A stretch of 61,879 nucleotides of DNA from Candidatus Velthaea sp. (GCA_050012475.1 JBEKHC010000017.1:1-61879); one strand, 5' to 3'. Shown: positions 1 to 10,221, numbered from the stretch's first letter. Numbers and translations: made by a program. Notes: generated by a model from the sequence alone, not told the origin.

Positions 1-32
1 CCGCCGGCCGCCAAGCGAAGACCGAACGTGAC

Positions 33-1325
33 CTACGTTGAATGCTGCTCTTCGGCGACGCTGCGGCGGATGTGGCGGATGCCCAGGCCCGCCAACACCG
101 CTACGATCGGGATGCTGATCGCCATGACGATTTCTATGTCGAGCGGCGCGCCTGCCGCTTTCAGCCCTTTCGCAACATAGCCAACGAGGCCGACGATGTA
201 GTAGGTGATTGCGGCGACCGAGAGTCCCTCGACGGTCTCTTGTAGCCGCAGCTGCAAACCCGCACGCCGGTCCATCGACTCCAACAAGCGTTGGCTCTGC
301 CCTTCGCGCGTTATCTCGACGCGAGTCGTTAGCAGCTGGGTTGCACGAGCGACCCGTTGCGAAAGGGATTCGAGCTTGAGCGCGGTCGTGCGGCACGTAT
401 TCATTGCCGGCGCCAGTCGACGGTCGGTGAACTCGCGGAACGTTTGCATCCCCGCGAGGCGCTCTTCGCGCAGTTCCGCGATGCGCCGGTGGATGAGGTC
501 GTCGTAGGCCGCGGCGGCGCTGAAGCGGTGCAGATTCTGCGACAGCGTGCTCTCGATCTCGGCTTCGAGCCGCGTCAGCCGCTCGAACAGCAACGGCTCG
601 TCGGCATCGCGCGCGGCGACGAGCAGGCGGGTGATCTCCGTCAGTTCGCGTTCGCAGGCGTTGAGCGAAGGCGCGAGACCGCGTGCGATCGGCAAAGCCA
701 TGAGCGACAAAATGCGGTACGTGTCGATCTCCATCAAGCGTGCGACGCTGCGTCCCGCTTGGCGCGGAGTCATGCTGCGGTCGAGCACCAAAGCGCGGCT
801 GAAGCCGTCGGGATGGATGCGGAAATCGGTCACCGCGAACGCGGCGCCCGCGCCGATGCTCGCACCGACGAGATCGTTGCCGGCGAAAAAACGTTGGGCG
901 AGCGATTCGAATGCCGGCTCTTCGTCGCCGGCGCGCAGCAAGCCGACATTCGAGGCCACGATGACCTGGCCGGGGAGCGTGGCCAGCCAATCCACGGGTA
1001 CGAGACCGATCGCCGGCTCCGCGAACGGGTCATCCGCTCCGCCCGGAACGATGAAGGCAAAGCGCAGGAATTCTGTATGCCGTTCGCACTTGACGCGAAA
1101 CGGCCCGAGGTCGGCGCTGAAGTGGTGCGCGTCCGTAGGCGGCGATGCGACACCGAAGCGCGCCGTAAGCGCGGCGACGCAGTCCCAGCCCTGCTGACGT
1201 TGGGCGCCTTCGGCGAAGAGCGCCAAGTAACTCAGGTGCAGCGGGGCTTGAAGCGTCTCAGGCGGACGCGCATGGACTTCGTCGTTGAACTCCTGACGCC
1301 GCGGATGATCGAGTGGGAGGGTCAA
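33..1325 (-). CDS. DUF3422 family membrane-anchored protein
   Basis: N-terminal HPRRQEFNDEVHARPP, ERHTEF, LMEIDTYR, QLRLQETVEGLSVAAITYY, and two C-terminal TM helices typical of DUF3422. Confidence 0.85.
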   Translation of the reverse strand: MTLPLDHPRRQEFNDEVHARPPETLQAPLHLSYLALFAEGAQRQQGWDCVAALTARFGVASPPTDAHHFSADLGPFRVKCERHTEFLRFAFIVPGGADDPFAEPAIGLVPVDWLATLPGQVIVASNVGLLRAGDEEPAFESLAQRFFAGNDLVGASIGAGAAFAVTDFRIHPDGFSRALVLDRSMTPRQAGRSVARLMEIDTYRILSLMALPIARGLAPSLNACERELTEITRLLVAARDADEPLLFERLTRLEAEIESTLSQNLHRFSAAAAYDDLIHRRIAELREERLAGMQTFREFTDRRLAPAMNTCRTTALKLESLSQRVARATQLLTTRVEITREGQSQRLLESMDRRAGLQLRLQETVEGLSVAAITYYIVGLVGYVAKGLKAAGAPLDIEIVMAISIPIVAVLAGLGIRHIRRSVAEEQHST

Positions 1326-2062
1326 TGTGTGCGTTCCATTGCTTCACGTTGGTACGTTTGCCGGAGGGCACGCACCTCGCGCTGCGATTCGGCGTGTGGA
1401 GGCGCGGCGAACGTGGCCCCGGTTCGGGGGGCGCAAAATCGATCGAGACCTGGTCTGCGCGTGAACCGTCCTGCGGCGCCGATGCCTTCATACGAAACAT
1501 TATGGTTGTCGGGAAAACGCGGAGCGGTATGCGGAACGCTGCCGACGCTTTCGAGGCTCGAGTGTACGCAATGGACTTGCAAGACGTACGCGTCCCGCGT
1601 TTCGTTTTCGAGCGTTCGCATGACAGCGCAAATCCGCGGCGTCACCGATGTCGCGCCCGCGTATCGGTCGGCGAAATGCATCGCATCGAGCAAACTACCG
1701 TACCCGACCCCGAGCCAGCTCCCGACCCTGCAGGATCGCGGCTCCCGTTCAGCCCCGGCGCTCCTGTCCAGACAGGTTCGGGAGCGACCGTCCGGCAAAG
1801 AAAACCGCGCGGCTGCGCGACAGGTTCCGGCGCGGCGAGTTTGCAAAAGGTACCTTGGCCATGCAAGCGCCAGTCGGAGCTCGATCGAGCGATCGGGCTT
1901 CTTGATCGGCTCGGCTTTGCGCTTGCGAGGCGGTCGGGCTAATTACCGGGCTCGCAAACCTTCGCCGGTCTTGCCGGTATATCGCGCCCGTCATGGAAAC
2001 TGCACCTATCAAGTCGCGGCGCCCGCGCATGAGGTCGCGACGGTCCTGCTAGGAGGTCGGCC

Positions 2063-4141
2063 ATGTCCGACATGTCGCGTATCCGTAATGTCGCCTTCGT
2101 CGGCCCGCATCACGCGGGCAAAACGTCGCTGGTGGAGGCGTTGCTGGCCAGTTGCGGCGCGATCCCGCGCCGGGGTTCCGTACAGCAGGGTACGACGACG
2201 ACCGACTGCGAGCCCGAGGCGATCAAACACGTCCAGTCGGTGTGCACCGGCTTCGCCTTTGCCACGACGGACGCGGTCGATATCACGATCATCGATACGC
2301 CCGGCTTCATCGACTTTTTCGAGGAAACGAAGCTCAGCCTGCTGGCCGCCGATGCCGCCGTGATCGTCATCGAGGCCGATCCGGGCCGCGTCGCGCAGAC
2401 AGCGGCGATCGTCGACCACCTCGAACTGCGCAAGGTACCGCATCTGTTCTTCATCAATAAGCTCGACCGCCCGGGCGCTGATTTTGACGGCACGCTGGAG
2501 AAGCTGCGAGCGCTCTACGGTCCGCACGTCGTCGCCAAACACCTGCCGATCGGAATCGCCGAAACGTTTAAGGGCTATGTCGATTTGGCTCCGCGCACTG
2601 CGTTCGCGTACGACGCCGACGGGACCGAACGGAGCGTGGCGATTCCGGCCGAACTCGAAGCGGCCGTCACCGAGCAGCGCAAAGTGCTGCTCGAAGCCCT
2701 CGCCGATTTCGACGATCACCTCATGGAGGAACTACTCGAGGAGATCGAGCCGCCGCAGGACGAGATCGCGCGCGATCTCTGCGAAGACTGCACGCACGAC
2801 CAAATCATCGCCGTCTTAGCCGGTTCGGCGCTCAGCGGTGCCGGCGCCGTCGCCTTGCGCGAAGCAATCGAAACGCTGTTGCCGGCACCGGGCGTCGCGG
2901 CTCGCACCGATATCGATGGGCGCGAGATCGCACCGGTCGAGAGCGGCCCGGTCGTCGCGCAAGTCTGCAAGACCATCGTTCATCCGCAGGCCGGGAAGTT
3001 CTCGGTGGTGCGCGTCTTCAGCGGAACGTTGACCGCGCAGACGCCGCTGCTGAATGCTTCGCGTGGCAGTGCGACGGTCAAACCGTCGGGCCTGTTCCGC
3101 CTTTTCGGGAAAAAGACCGAGCCGATAACGACCGCTGGGCCGGGCAGCATCGTCGCGATCGGCCGGCTCGAAAACGTCGCGACGGGCGATACGCTCACGA
3201 CCGCCGGCAGCAGCACCGTGATGCCGACCGTTCCTTTGTCCGAGCCGGTCTACGCTGTGGCCATCAAGCCGCGCGAGAAGCTCGACGAATCGAAGCTCTC
3301 GGTCATGCTCGCGCGGATCATCGACGAAGATCCGGCGCTGCGCTTACTGCGGGCGGAGTTCACCAACGAGCTGCACTTGCTGGGCAACGGCGAGATGCAT
3401 GTGACGACCGCCACCGAACGGCTGACGCGCAAATACAACCTCGCGCTCGAAACGCACGCACCGAGCATCCCCTACCGCGAAACGATAACGGCCGACACCG
3501 AAGTTCACGCGCGCTACAAACACCAAACCGGCGGCCACGGGCAATTCGCCGATATCTGGTTGCGCATCAAGGCCTGCGAGCGCGGGCACGGGGTGACGTT
3601 CAGCGAAGAAATCGTCGGCGGCGTGGTGCCGCGGCAATTCTTCTCGGCCGTCGAGAAAGGCGTCCGCGAAGCGCTGCAGCACGGACCAGTGGCGGGATTC
3701 CCGGTCATGGACGTCCACGTCACGCTGTTCGACGGCTCGTATCACGCGGTCGATTCGAGCGAAGCCGCATTCAAAACCGCGGGTTCGATGGGGATCCGTG
3801 ACGGTCTCGCGAAATGCAGCCCGGTGCTGCTCGAACCGCTGGTTCGCGTGCAGACGACGGTTCCCACCGAATATGTTTCGGCGGCGATCCAGCAGCTCAC
3901 CGGGAAACGCGCGCAGATCTTAGGCTTCGAGCCAACCGATCGCAGCGGCTACGATGTCGTGCACGCCCTCGTGCCCCAAGCGGAACTCGCGCGGTACATC
4001 ACCGAATTGCGAACGGCGACCGCCGGTTTCGGAACCTACTCATGGCGGCACGAACGCTTCGACGTCGCTCCCGAACGCATCGTCGCAAACGTGCGCTCCA
4101 GTGCAAACGGAGCCGGCGTCCTCGATCACAGCGCGACCTAA
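2063..4141 (+). CDS. Elongation factor G paralog (EF-G2/FusA2 type)
   Basis: GPHHAGKT, DTPGF, NKLD, GNGEMH, KHQTGGHGQFA, DGSYHAVDSSE; 692 aa; AGGAGG RBS upstream. Confidence 0.9.
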   Translation: MSDMSRIRNVAFVGPHHAGKTSLVEALLASCGAIPRRGSVQQGTTTTDCEPEAIKHVQSVCTGFAFATTDAVDITIIDTPGFIDFFEETKLSLLAADAAVIVIEADPGRVAQTAAIVDHLELRKVPHLFFINKLDRPGADFDGTLEKLRALYGPHVVAKHLPIGIAETFKGYVDLAPRTAFAYDADGTERSVAIPAELEAAVTEQRKVLLEALADFDDHLMEELLEEIEPPQDEIARDLCEDCTHDQIIAVLAGSALSGAGAVALREAIETLLPAPGVAARTDIDGREIAPVESGPVVAQVCKTIVHPQAGKFSVVRVFSGTLTAQTPLLNASRGSATVKPSGLFRLFGKKTEPITTAGPGSIVAIGRLENVATGDTLTTAGSSTVMPTVPLSEPVYAVAIKPREKLDESKLSVMLARIIDEDPALRLLRAEFTNELHLLGNGEMHVTTATERLTRKYNLALETHAPSIPYRETITADTEVHARYKHQTGGHGQFADIWLRIKACERGHGVTFSEEIVGGVVPRQFFSAVEKGVREALQHGPVAGFPVMDVHVTLFDGSYHAVDSSEAAFKTAGSMGIRDGLAKCSPVLLEPLVRVQTTVPTEYVSAAIQQLTGKRAQILGFEPTDRSGYDVVHALVPQAELARYITELRTATAGFGTYSWRHERFDVAPERIVANVRSSANGAGVLDHSAT

Positions 4142-4150
4142 CATCCAACC

Positions 4151-4179
4151 GCTGCCGCAAGGTTCGCGCTTGCGGCAGC
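4151..4179. terminator. GC-rich hairpin downstream of the EF-G paralog (possible terminator)
   Basis: GCTGCCGCAAG-N7-CTTGCGGCAGC perfect 11-bp stem; no U-tract. Confidence 0.4.
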
Positions 4180-4377
4180 ATCGAAGTCGGCTCGAGATCG
4201 CCGCCGCGCTGGCGGCGTGCAACTGACATGCATCTGGTGTCGCGATCGCGGATGGCGGCCTAGGCCGCAGTGCCCGCAGTCGCTCACGAAAAGCCCGCCT
4301 TTCGCGCGGTACGCGGCAAGGTATCAAGCGCGAGCGAGGAAGTGAGCGGAAACTCGCGCAAAAAGGACTTCATCGCA

Positions 4378-5406
4378 ATGCGACCTTCGTTCAAGCTTGC
4401 ATTTCTGCTCGGTTTCGCGTTCATCGCCGCTTCCGCGGTTCACTCGACCAACGGCGCAGCTGCCGGTGCGCCCGTCGCGGACGGGAAAGCAATCTTCGAG
4501 GCAAACTGCGCGGGTTGCCATCAGACGACGGGCCAGGGCGGCGGCCCGTTTCCGCCGTTGGCCGGGAACGCCGACGTTACCGGAGCCGACACGTCGGCGC
4601 TGCTTTCCACGGTCCTCAATGGCCGCAGCGGACCGATCGTCACCAACGGGAAGACCTACGGCGGCGTGATGCCGGCTTGGAAAGGGACGCTTTCCAACGC
4701 CCAGGTCGCGGCCGTGGTCAGCTACATTCGAACGGCCTGGGGCAACAATGCCGCGATCGTCACCGAGGAGCAGGTCGCCGAAGCGAGCGCGCCCACCGGA
4801 TTGAGCGGCCAGCAAATCTTCGTGGCGAAGTGCGCGACCTGTCATCAGGCGCACGGCCAAGGCACCGACAGCATTCCGCCGTTAGCGGGGAACCCGGCCG
4901 TCGCCGCGAGCGACCCTAAGGACATGATCGCAACGATCGTGAACGGCCGCAGCGGCCCGCTTATGGTGAACGGTAAGACGTATAACGGGAAGATGCCGAC
5001 GTGGAGCGGTCGGCTCTCCAACGCCGACATCGCCGCGGTCGCTACCTACGTTCGCTCGGCCTGGGGCGATAGCGCTTCGGGCGTGACCGAACAACAAGTG
5101 GCGGCGGCCGGGCCCGGGGTGTCCGCCGCGGTCGGTGCCTCGATTTTCACCTTCAAATGCGCCCGCTGCCATCAGGCGAACGGAGCCGGCCGCGATACGA
5201 TCCCCGCACTGGCCGGCAACAAGAACGTCCTCGCCGCGGATCCGAACGGTATCATCACCACGGTGGAAGACGGCCGCAACCTGATGCCTTCGTGGAAAGG
5301 TCAGCTCACGTCCGCCGACATCGCAGCGGTTCTCACGTACGTCCGCTCCGCGTGGGGCAACAGCGCCGCGCCGGTTACCGAAGAGCGGGTGGCAGCCGTG
5401 AAATAA
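4378..5406 (+). CDS. Periplasmic triheme cytochrome c (three tandem class I c-type domains)
   Basis: Signal peptide; CAGCH, CATCH and CARCH, each followed by P(P/A)LAGN...MP(A/T/S)W and (S/T)Y(I/V)R(T/S)AWG; start moved to ATG 4378 after AAGGA. Confidence 0.9.
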   Translation: MRPSFKLAFLLGFAFIAASAVHSTNGAAAGAPVADGKAIFEANCAGCHQTTGQGGGPFPPLAGNADVTGADTSALLSTVLNGRSGPIVTNGKTYGGVMPAWKGTLSNAQVAAVVSYIRTAWGNNAAIVTEEQVAEASAPTGLSGQQIFVAKCATCHQAHGQGTDSIPPLAGNPAVAASDPKDMIATIVNGRSGPLMVNGKTYNGKMPTWSGRLSNADIAAVATYVRSAWGDSASGVTEQQVAAAGPGVSAAVGASIFTFKCARCHQANGAGRDTIPALAGNKNVLAADPNGIITTVEDGRNLMPSWKGQLTSADIAAVLTYVRSAWGNSAAPVTEERVAAVK

Positions 5407-5512
5407 GACGGATTGACCGTGCGGAGCGGCTAAGACCGCACGGGTCGATCATGCGCTTAAAGAATAGTGGGTTTCGCGGGTCGGGCGTTCCGCCCGGCGC
5501 GGACGGTCCGCG

Positions 5513-6799
5513 GTGACCTGGCAAAAGACATACGCGGGCGTTCTCGAGCGCCTCGACGCAGAAATTGCGAATGCACGTTTGACGCTTTGCGGGCTCTCGG
5601 CTTGCGTCGATGCGACAGTCTCGCTGCACGATGCCGGTGCGCTGTTCGCGCCCACCGGCGATGCGGAAGCCGAACGTTTCGCCGGGATGCTGCGCGAGCG
5701 CGCGGCCGCCGGGATTGGCGGCGAGATCAAAGTCGATTGGCTGGGCGGACCGGCCTGGCTCGACGAGCGCGTCCCATTCGTTCGCGCTCTGGGCGGCACG
5801 GGACCGCACGCGGCACGCGTTCTCACGACCTTGGGCGCTCCGGCGCTGCTCGCGCTCGAAACGCGCAGTGCCGAGCAGCTTGCGGTGCTCGACCCGGAGA
5901 TTCGCGTCGCGCGGGACGGGCGCAGCGTCCCAGCCAAAACGATCCAGCCGGACCATCCAAATGCGATCAAGACCTATATTTTCGAGTACACCAAAGGCCG
6001 TCCGATCGGCTCGGTTCTGCCGCCGCGCTCATCCCGCATCATCGTTCGCTTCGACGATCCCGGCTTGCAAAACGATCGTGACTTCGAGCAGCTCAGCTGC
6101 CGGCTCGCGCCGCAGGCGGGCGCCGCGATTCTGTCGGGCTTCAATACGGTCGGAGTGGCCGCGCTGGGTCCGACGCTGGCGCGCACCCGGAAGCTCGCGC
6201 AGCGGTGGGCCGCGGCGGGTGTGCCGGCCATCCATTTCGAGCTTGCGGGCTACGCTCGGCCCGAATATCGCGACGCGGCCATGCGCGAACTAACCGGCTG
6301 CGCGACGTCCTTCGGGCTCAGCTTTTCCGAGTTTGCCGCCCTGGTTCCAAACAGCGATCTGGCGGCCGGGATGCGCGCATTGGGCGAGCGCCTACAAGTG
6401 CGCCGCGTCTGCGTTCATGCCGACGACTGGGCCGCGGCGGCGACGCTCGACGATCCGGCTCGCGAACGAGACGCGTTGTTGCTGGGCAGCCTGCTGGCGA
6501 GCACACGCGCCGCTCACGGCCGGCCCGTCGTGCCGCGCGCGCTTCCCGCCGGCGCCGCGTTCGGTGAGCCGCCGCGGGTGCCGGAGGCGCTGGGCGAATG
6601 GCGGATCGCGGTCTGCTCGACGCCGTATTTAGCGCAGCCCGTGACCACGCTCGGACTGGGCGATACGTTCATGGCCGGGTGCCTGCTCGTGCTGGGCCAG
6701 CAACATTCGCCTCTCCCACCCGCCGGGTACCGGCCGGATCCGCGCGCTGCGCGGCTGCCGGCCGCACCCTTCGCTTACGATAGGACCGATACGCAATGA
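5513..6799 (+). CDS. ADP-dependent glucokinase/phosphofructokinase family sugar kinase
   Basis: GLSACVDA at the N-terminus, IFEY, ILSGFN, HFELA, CVHAD, TTLGLGDTFMAG ribokinase-type anion hole of the ADP-dependent clade. Confidence 0.75.
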   Translation: MTWQKTYAGVLERLDAEIANARLTLCGLSACVDATVSLHDAGALFAPTGDAEAERFAGMLRERAAAGIGGEIKVDWLGGPAWLDERVPFVRALGGTGPHAARVLTTLGAPALLALETRSAEQLAVLDPEIRVARDGRSVPAKTIQPDHPNAIKTYIFEYTKGRPIGSVLPPRSSRIIVRFDDPGLQNDRDFEQLSCRLAPQAGAAILSGFNTVGVAALGPTLARTRKLAQRWAAAGVPAIHFELAGYARPEYRDAAMRELTGCATSFGLSFSEFAALVPNSDLAAGMRALGERLQVRRVCVHADDWAAAATLDDPARERDALLLGSLLASTRAAHGRPVVPRALPAGAAFGEPPRVPEALGEWRIAVCSTPYLAQPVTTLGLGDTFMAGCLLVLGQQHSPLPPAGYRPDPRAARLPAAPFAYDRTDTQ

Positions 6800-7836
6800 A
6801 AAAGATCGACGCGAAACTGGCCAACATCCGGGCCGGCAAATACACGCGTGCCGACTTCATGATCGCCGACGCCAAAGACGCCGACATGGGCGGCGGGATC
6901 GGCATGGGGGGCCCGCGTCGCCGCCCCGACGGCAGCGTCGACGGCGTGCGCTCGCGGCGCGAGTATCTCGACGCGATCAAAGCGGTCGTGGCGCAAGACA
7001 TCGTCGACATCATGCTCGTCTCGGCATCCAACTTGGAAGTCCTGACCCAGGAGGGGGTGTTTGCGCGCAGCGCGATCCAGCCCGCCGTTCGCGCGAACGA
7101 AGCGACCGACATTTGGGGCGGCCTGCGGCACGGGCGCTACGCCAGCCGGCTCTCGGTGCCGTTTCGCTCGGCGGTGCTGGGTCGCGTGATGTACGGCAAC
7201 GCCGACGGTAGCGAGATCGTCGGCACCGATCTGGGTTTGTATTCAATGACGTTCAACAACGATCTGGCAGCCGATCTGCGCACGCTCGAGGCGTTCAAAG
7301 AGTTTCGCGACGAAGCCGGTGCGCTGGGCTTCCGGTATTTCCTCGAAGTCTTCAACCCCAATGCGCCGGCCGATCTCGATCGGACGATGATCCCCAGCTT
7401 CGTCAACGATCATATCGTGCGGTCGCTCGCGGGTGTGATGCAAGCCGACCGCCCGCAGTTCCTCAAAATTCCGTACAACGGACCGGGCGCGCTCGAAGAA
7501 CTCGCGGCCTTCGATCCGACGCTGGTGGTGGGGGTGCTCGGCGGGAGCGCCGGCACGACCCGTGATACCTTCGAGTTGATCTATCAGGCCGAGCGCCACG
7601 GCGGCCGGCTCGCGCTCTTCGGCCGCAAGATCAATTTGGCCGAATCACCGCTGGCGCTCATCAAACTCATGCGCGCCGTTGCCGACGGGACACTCGCACC
7701 GGCCGAAGCGGTTCGCGTCTATCACGGCGCGTTGCAGGCCGAGGGCATCCGGCCCGAACGAACGCTCGAGGAAGACGTGCAGATCACCGAGGCACCGCTC
7801 ATGCTCGACCGCTCCCCCGATCTCGTTCATCACTAA
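6796..7836 (+). CDS. Uncharacterised TIM-barrel protein, class I aldolase-like
   Basis: ATGA overlap with the kinase; FLEVF, FLKIPY (candidate Schiff-base Lys), VGVLGG and LFGRKI resemble DhnA/LacD-type aldolase motifs; coding status clear, function inferred. Confidence 0.55.
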   Translation: MKKIDAKLANIRAGKYTRADFMIADAKDADMGGGIGMGGPRRRPDGSVDGVRSRREYLDAIKAVVAQDIVDIMLVSASNLEVLTQEGVFARSAIQPAVRANEATDIWGGLRHGRYASRLSVPFRSAVLGRVMYGNADGSEIVGTDLGLYSMTFNNDLAADLRTLEAFKEFRDEAGALGFRYFLEVFNPNAPADLDRTMIPSFVNDHIVRSLAGVMQADRPQFLKIPYNGPGALEELAAFDPTLVVGVLGGSAGTTRDTFELIYQAERHGGRLALFGRKINLAESPLALIKLMRAVADGTLAPAEAVRVYHGALQAEGIRPERTLEEDVQITEAPLMLDRSPDLVHH

Positions 7837-7867
7837 CGGAGCGCCGCTGCTCGCGCGCGGCGCGGGT

Positions 7868-8611
7868 TTGTATGCCGTCATCACGGCGGGCGGCAGCGTT
7901 GCGGGTGATTTCGCTCGTGCCATCGGGACCGACATCAAGGCGCTCGCCCCGCTCGGATCCGGCCGCCTGATCGACCCGGCAATCGAGGCCGCCCGTGCCG
8001 CCGGCGTGTCCGCGATCGCGGTCATCGGTCCCGGCGCGGTTCGGGACTACTGCGGCGCCCGGGTCGAGCGCGTTCTCGCTGCCGCAGCCGACGGCGCCGA
8101 GAACATCAAGCGCGCGCTCCACGCGTTTCCCGCCGCCGAGCGGCTCGTCTTTCTCACCAGCGACATGCCGTTCGTCGATGCGCAGGGGTTGCGCGGCTTC
8201 GTCGAGCGATCGAGCGACTTCGCGCTGACGATGGCGCTCTCGCCGGCCGGCGCGTATGCCGCGCAATTTCCGGGCGCGCCGCCGCATCTGGTGCGATTCG
8301 GAGCGCACGCGTTTGCCAACGGCAGCGCCTTCGTCATCGATCGTTCCGCGCTGGCCGCGCTCGAACGCGTTGCGGGAAGATTCTTTGCCGCCCGCAAGAG
8401 TTTGCCGCGGCTGGCCGCGTTGCTGGGTCCGACGCTGTGTCTGCGTTTCGCGCTGCGCCGGCTGCGCATCGCCGACATCGAACGCCGCGCCGCGGATGTC
8501 CTCGGTGTCGACACCCGGGCAATCCTTGATGCTGCGCCGGGGCTGTGTTTCGATGTCGACGACCTCGCCGACTGGAACTACGCCCAGTCGCGTCTGCGGC
8601 ATTATGGGTAA
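7868..8611 (+). CDS. Nucleotidyltransferase (MobA/NTP_transf_3-like)
   Basis: AVITAGG...KALAPLG, FLTSDMPF, CFDVD; probable TTG start at 7868. Confidence 0.7.
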   Translation: MYAVITAGGSVAGDFARAIGTDIKALAPLGSGRLIDPAIEAARAAGVSAIAVIGPGAVRDYCGARVERVLAAAADGAENIKRALHAFPAAERLVFLTSDMPFVDAQGLRGFVERSSDFALTMALSPAGAYAAQFPGAPPHLVRFGAHAFANGSAFVIDRSALAALERVAGRFFAARKSLPRLAALLGPTLCLRFALRRLRIADIERRAADVLGVDTRAILDAAPGLCFDVDDLADWNYAQSRLRHYG

Positions 8612-9776
8612 CGGCCTGTACGCGCGCCTCGCTGCGCTGTGGTTCGGCCTGCAATTCGTCTGGGGCGCAATTCTCGCCGTATCGCTTCAGGCGCGCAGCT
8701 TGGAGCTTGCTCCGCACGACGGCTTGCGCGCGTACGCGCTCATCGCCGCATCGGGAGCGCTGATCGGCATGCTCGTTCAGCTCGCGATCGGACCGTTCGC
8801 CGACCGGTTCTTCGATCGGCACGGCAATCGCCGCGCCTTGTATGCCGCCGGCGTCGCCGTGGCCGCGCCGGCGCTGCTGTGGTTCTATCTCGCGCCCAGC
8901 TACGTCCAACTCATCGGCGCATTTTTTGCCTTGCAGGTCGGGATGAACGTCGTGAGCGGTCCGTACGCGGCGATCGTCCCCGATTACGTGCCGGCCGATC
9001 GGGCCGGCGCGGCATCGGCTTGGATGGGGATGCTGCAGTCGCTGGGTAATGCGGGTGGGTTGCTCGTTGCCGGATTCGTCGAAAGCCGGCTCGTCGTCGG
9101 CAGCGTCCTCGCCGTGACCCTCGGTGCAGCGTGGTTCGTCACCGCGCGCGCGACGTTCGGCCGCAACGTCGAACGCGCTCCGCGCCGGCGCCTGTCCATC
9201 AACCGTGACTTTCGCACGATCGTGGTATCGCGCGCGGCCATCAACTTTGGATTTTACACCCTGCTCGGTTTTTTGTTTTTCTTCGTTGCGCAGAGTTTGA
9301 ATACGCCTGCGGCGGCGGTCCGAACAACGACGGCGCTGTTGTTCTTGACCTTTACGCTGGCCAACGTCGCGGGCGCATCAGTGGCTGCCAAACCGGCCGA
9401 TCGCTACGACAAACGCGCGGTGGTGATGGCGTCAAACGTCGCCGTCGGCGCGGGGCTGCTGCTGCTGGCGTTGACGCCGAACGTCGGCTTGGCGTTTGCG
9501 GCGGCGGCGCTTGCCGGGGCCGGCTGGGGTGCATATTTCATCGCCGACTGGGCGATCGCGTGCACGGTGCTGCCCCGCACGGCGATGGCCGCGGCGATGA
9601 GCGTCTGGAACGTCGCCGCGACCTTGCCGCAAATTCTCGCTCCCGCGCTCACGACGCCGATCGTCGAGCGCACGAGCGCCGCCCTGCCGGGCGGGGGGCC
9701 GCGCGTCGCGATCGGACTCGCGATCGTTGAGTTTACGGCCGGCGCGCTTTGGCTCTATCGCTTGCCGCGCCAATGA
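8604..9776 (+). CDS. MFS transporter
   Basis: About 12 hydrophobic helices; GPFADR and ADRYDKR MFS loop motifs; ATG 8604 overlaps the previous gene. Confidence 0.85.
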   Translation: MGNGLYARLAALWFGLQFVWGAILAVSLQARSLELAPHDGLRAYALIAASGALIGMLVQLAIGPFADRFFDRHGNRRALYAAGVAVAAPALLWFYLAPSYVQLIGAFFALQVGMNVVSGPYAAIVPDYVPADRAGAASAWMGMLQSLGNAGGLLVAGFVESRLVVGSVLAVTLGAAWFVTARATFGRNVERAPRRRLSINRDFRTIVVSRAAINFGFYTLLGFLFFFVAQSLNTPAAAVRTTTALLFLTFTLANVAGASVAAKPADRYDKRAVVMASNVAVGAGLLLLALTPNVGLAFAAAALAGAGWGAYFIADWAIACTVLPRTAMAAAMSVWNVAATLPQILAPALTTPIVERTSAALPGGGPRVAIGLAIVEFTAGALWLYRLPRQ

Positions 9777-9804
9777 TTTGCCGGCACGCTGGCCGCAGCC
9801 GGCG

Positions 9805-10221
9805 CTACTGCGCGCCGAGCGCCGTTCCCGCGCGTTGAATGTCGGCGGCGCCGACATAAAAGACCGCGCCGAAGCCGCCGCTGCCGTCCGAAACGGCCTG
9901 CACGGCGTCGAGTCCGACGTTGGCCGCTGCGAGCTTTGCAAGCGCATCAGCCAACGCCCCGACGCGGTCCGCACCGGTGAGGTAGAACACCGTGACCGGC
10001 GCGCCGTGCACGAGCCCCAACGCTTTCGCCGCGGCGACGAAACCATCGGCGTCGTCGGGCACGATTTCGAGCTTCGCCTTGCCCGACGCCGTCGCGTAAC
10101 CCCACGCCGCGATGAGGTTCACGTCGTCGTTTCGCAATTGACCGAGCACGGCGGCGCCGGCCCCGGTTTTGTTGTCGATGTCGACCGTAAAGTGAGCAAC
10201 GCTTCGAACCGTATCTGCCAT
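9805..10221 (-). CDS. Tandem ACT-domain protein
   Basis: DNKTGAGAAVLGQL...VNL and DRVGALADALAKLAAANVGL ACT repeats; AGGAGG RBS. Confidence 0.75.
   Translation of the reverse strand: MADTVRSVAHFTVDIDNKTGAGAAVLGQLRNDDVNLIAAWGYATASGKAKLEIVPDDADGFVAAAKALGLVHGAPVTVFYLTGADRVGALADALAKLAAANVGLDAVQAVSDGSGGFGAVFYVGAADIQRAGTALGAQ

Noticed and set aside
1690..1800. Possible c-di-AMP (ydaO) riboswitch suggested by CCCGAACCTGTC on the minus strand
   Set aside because: The other conserved elements are not present in the expected order
357..2363. 668-aa + strand ORF
   Set aside because: Antisense shadow of DUF3422 and out-of-frame overlap with EF-G2; Arg-rich with no motifs
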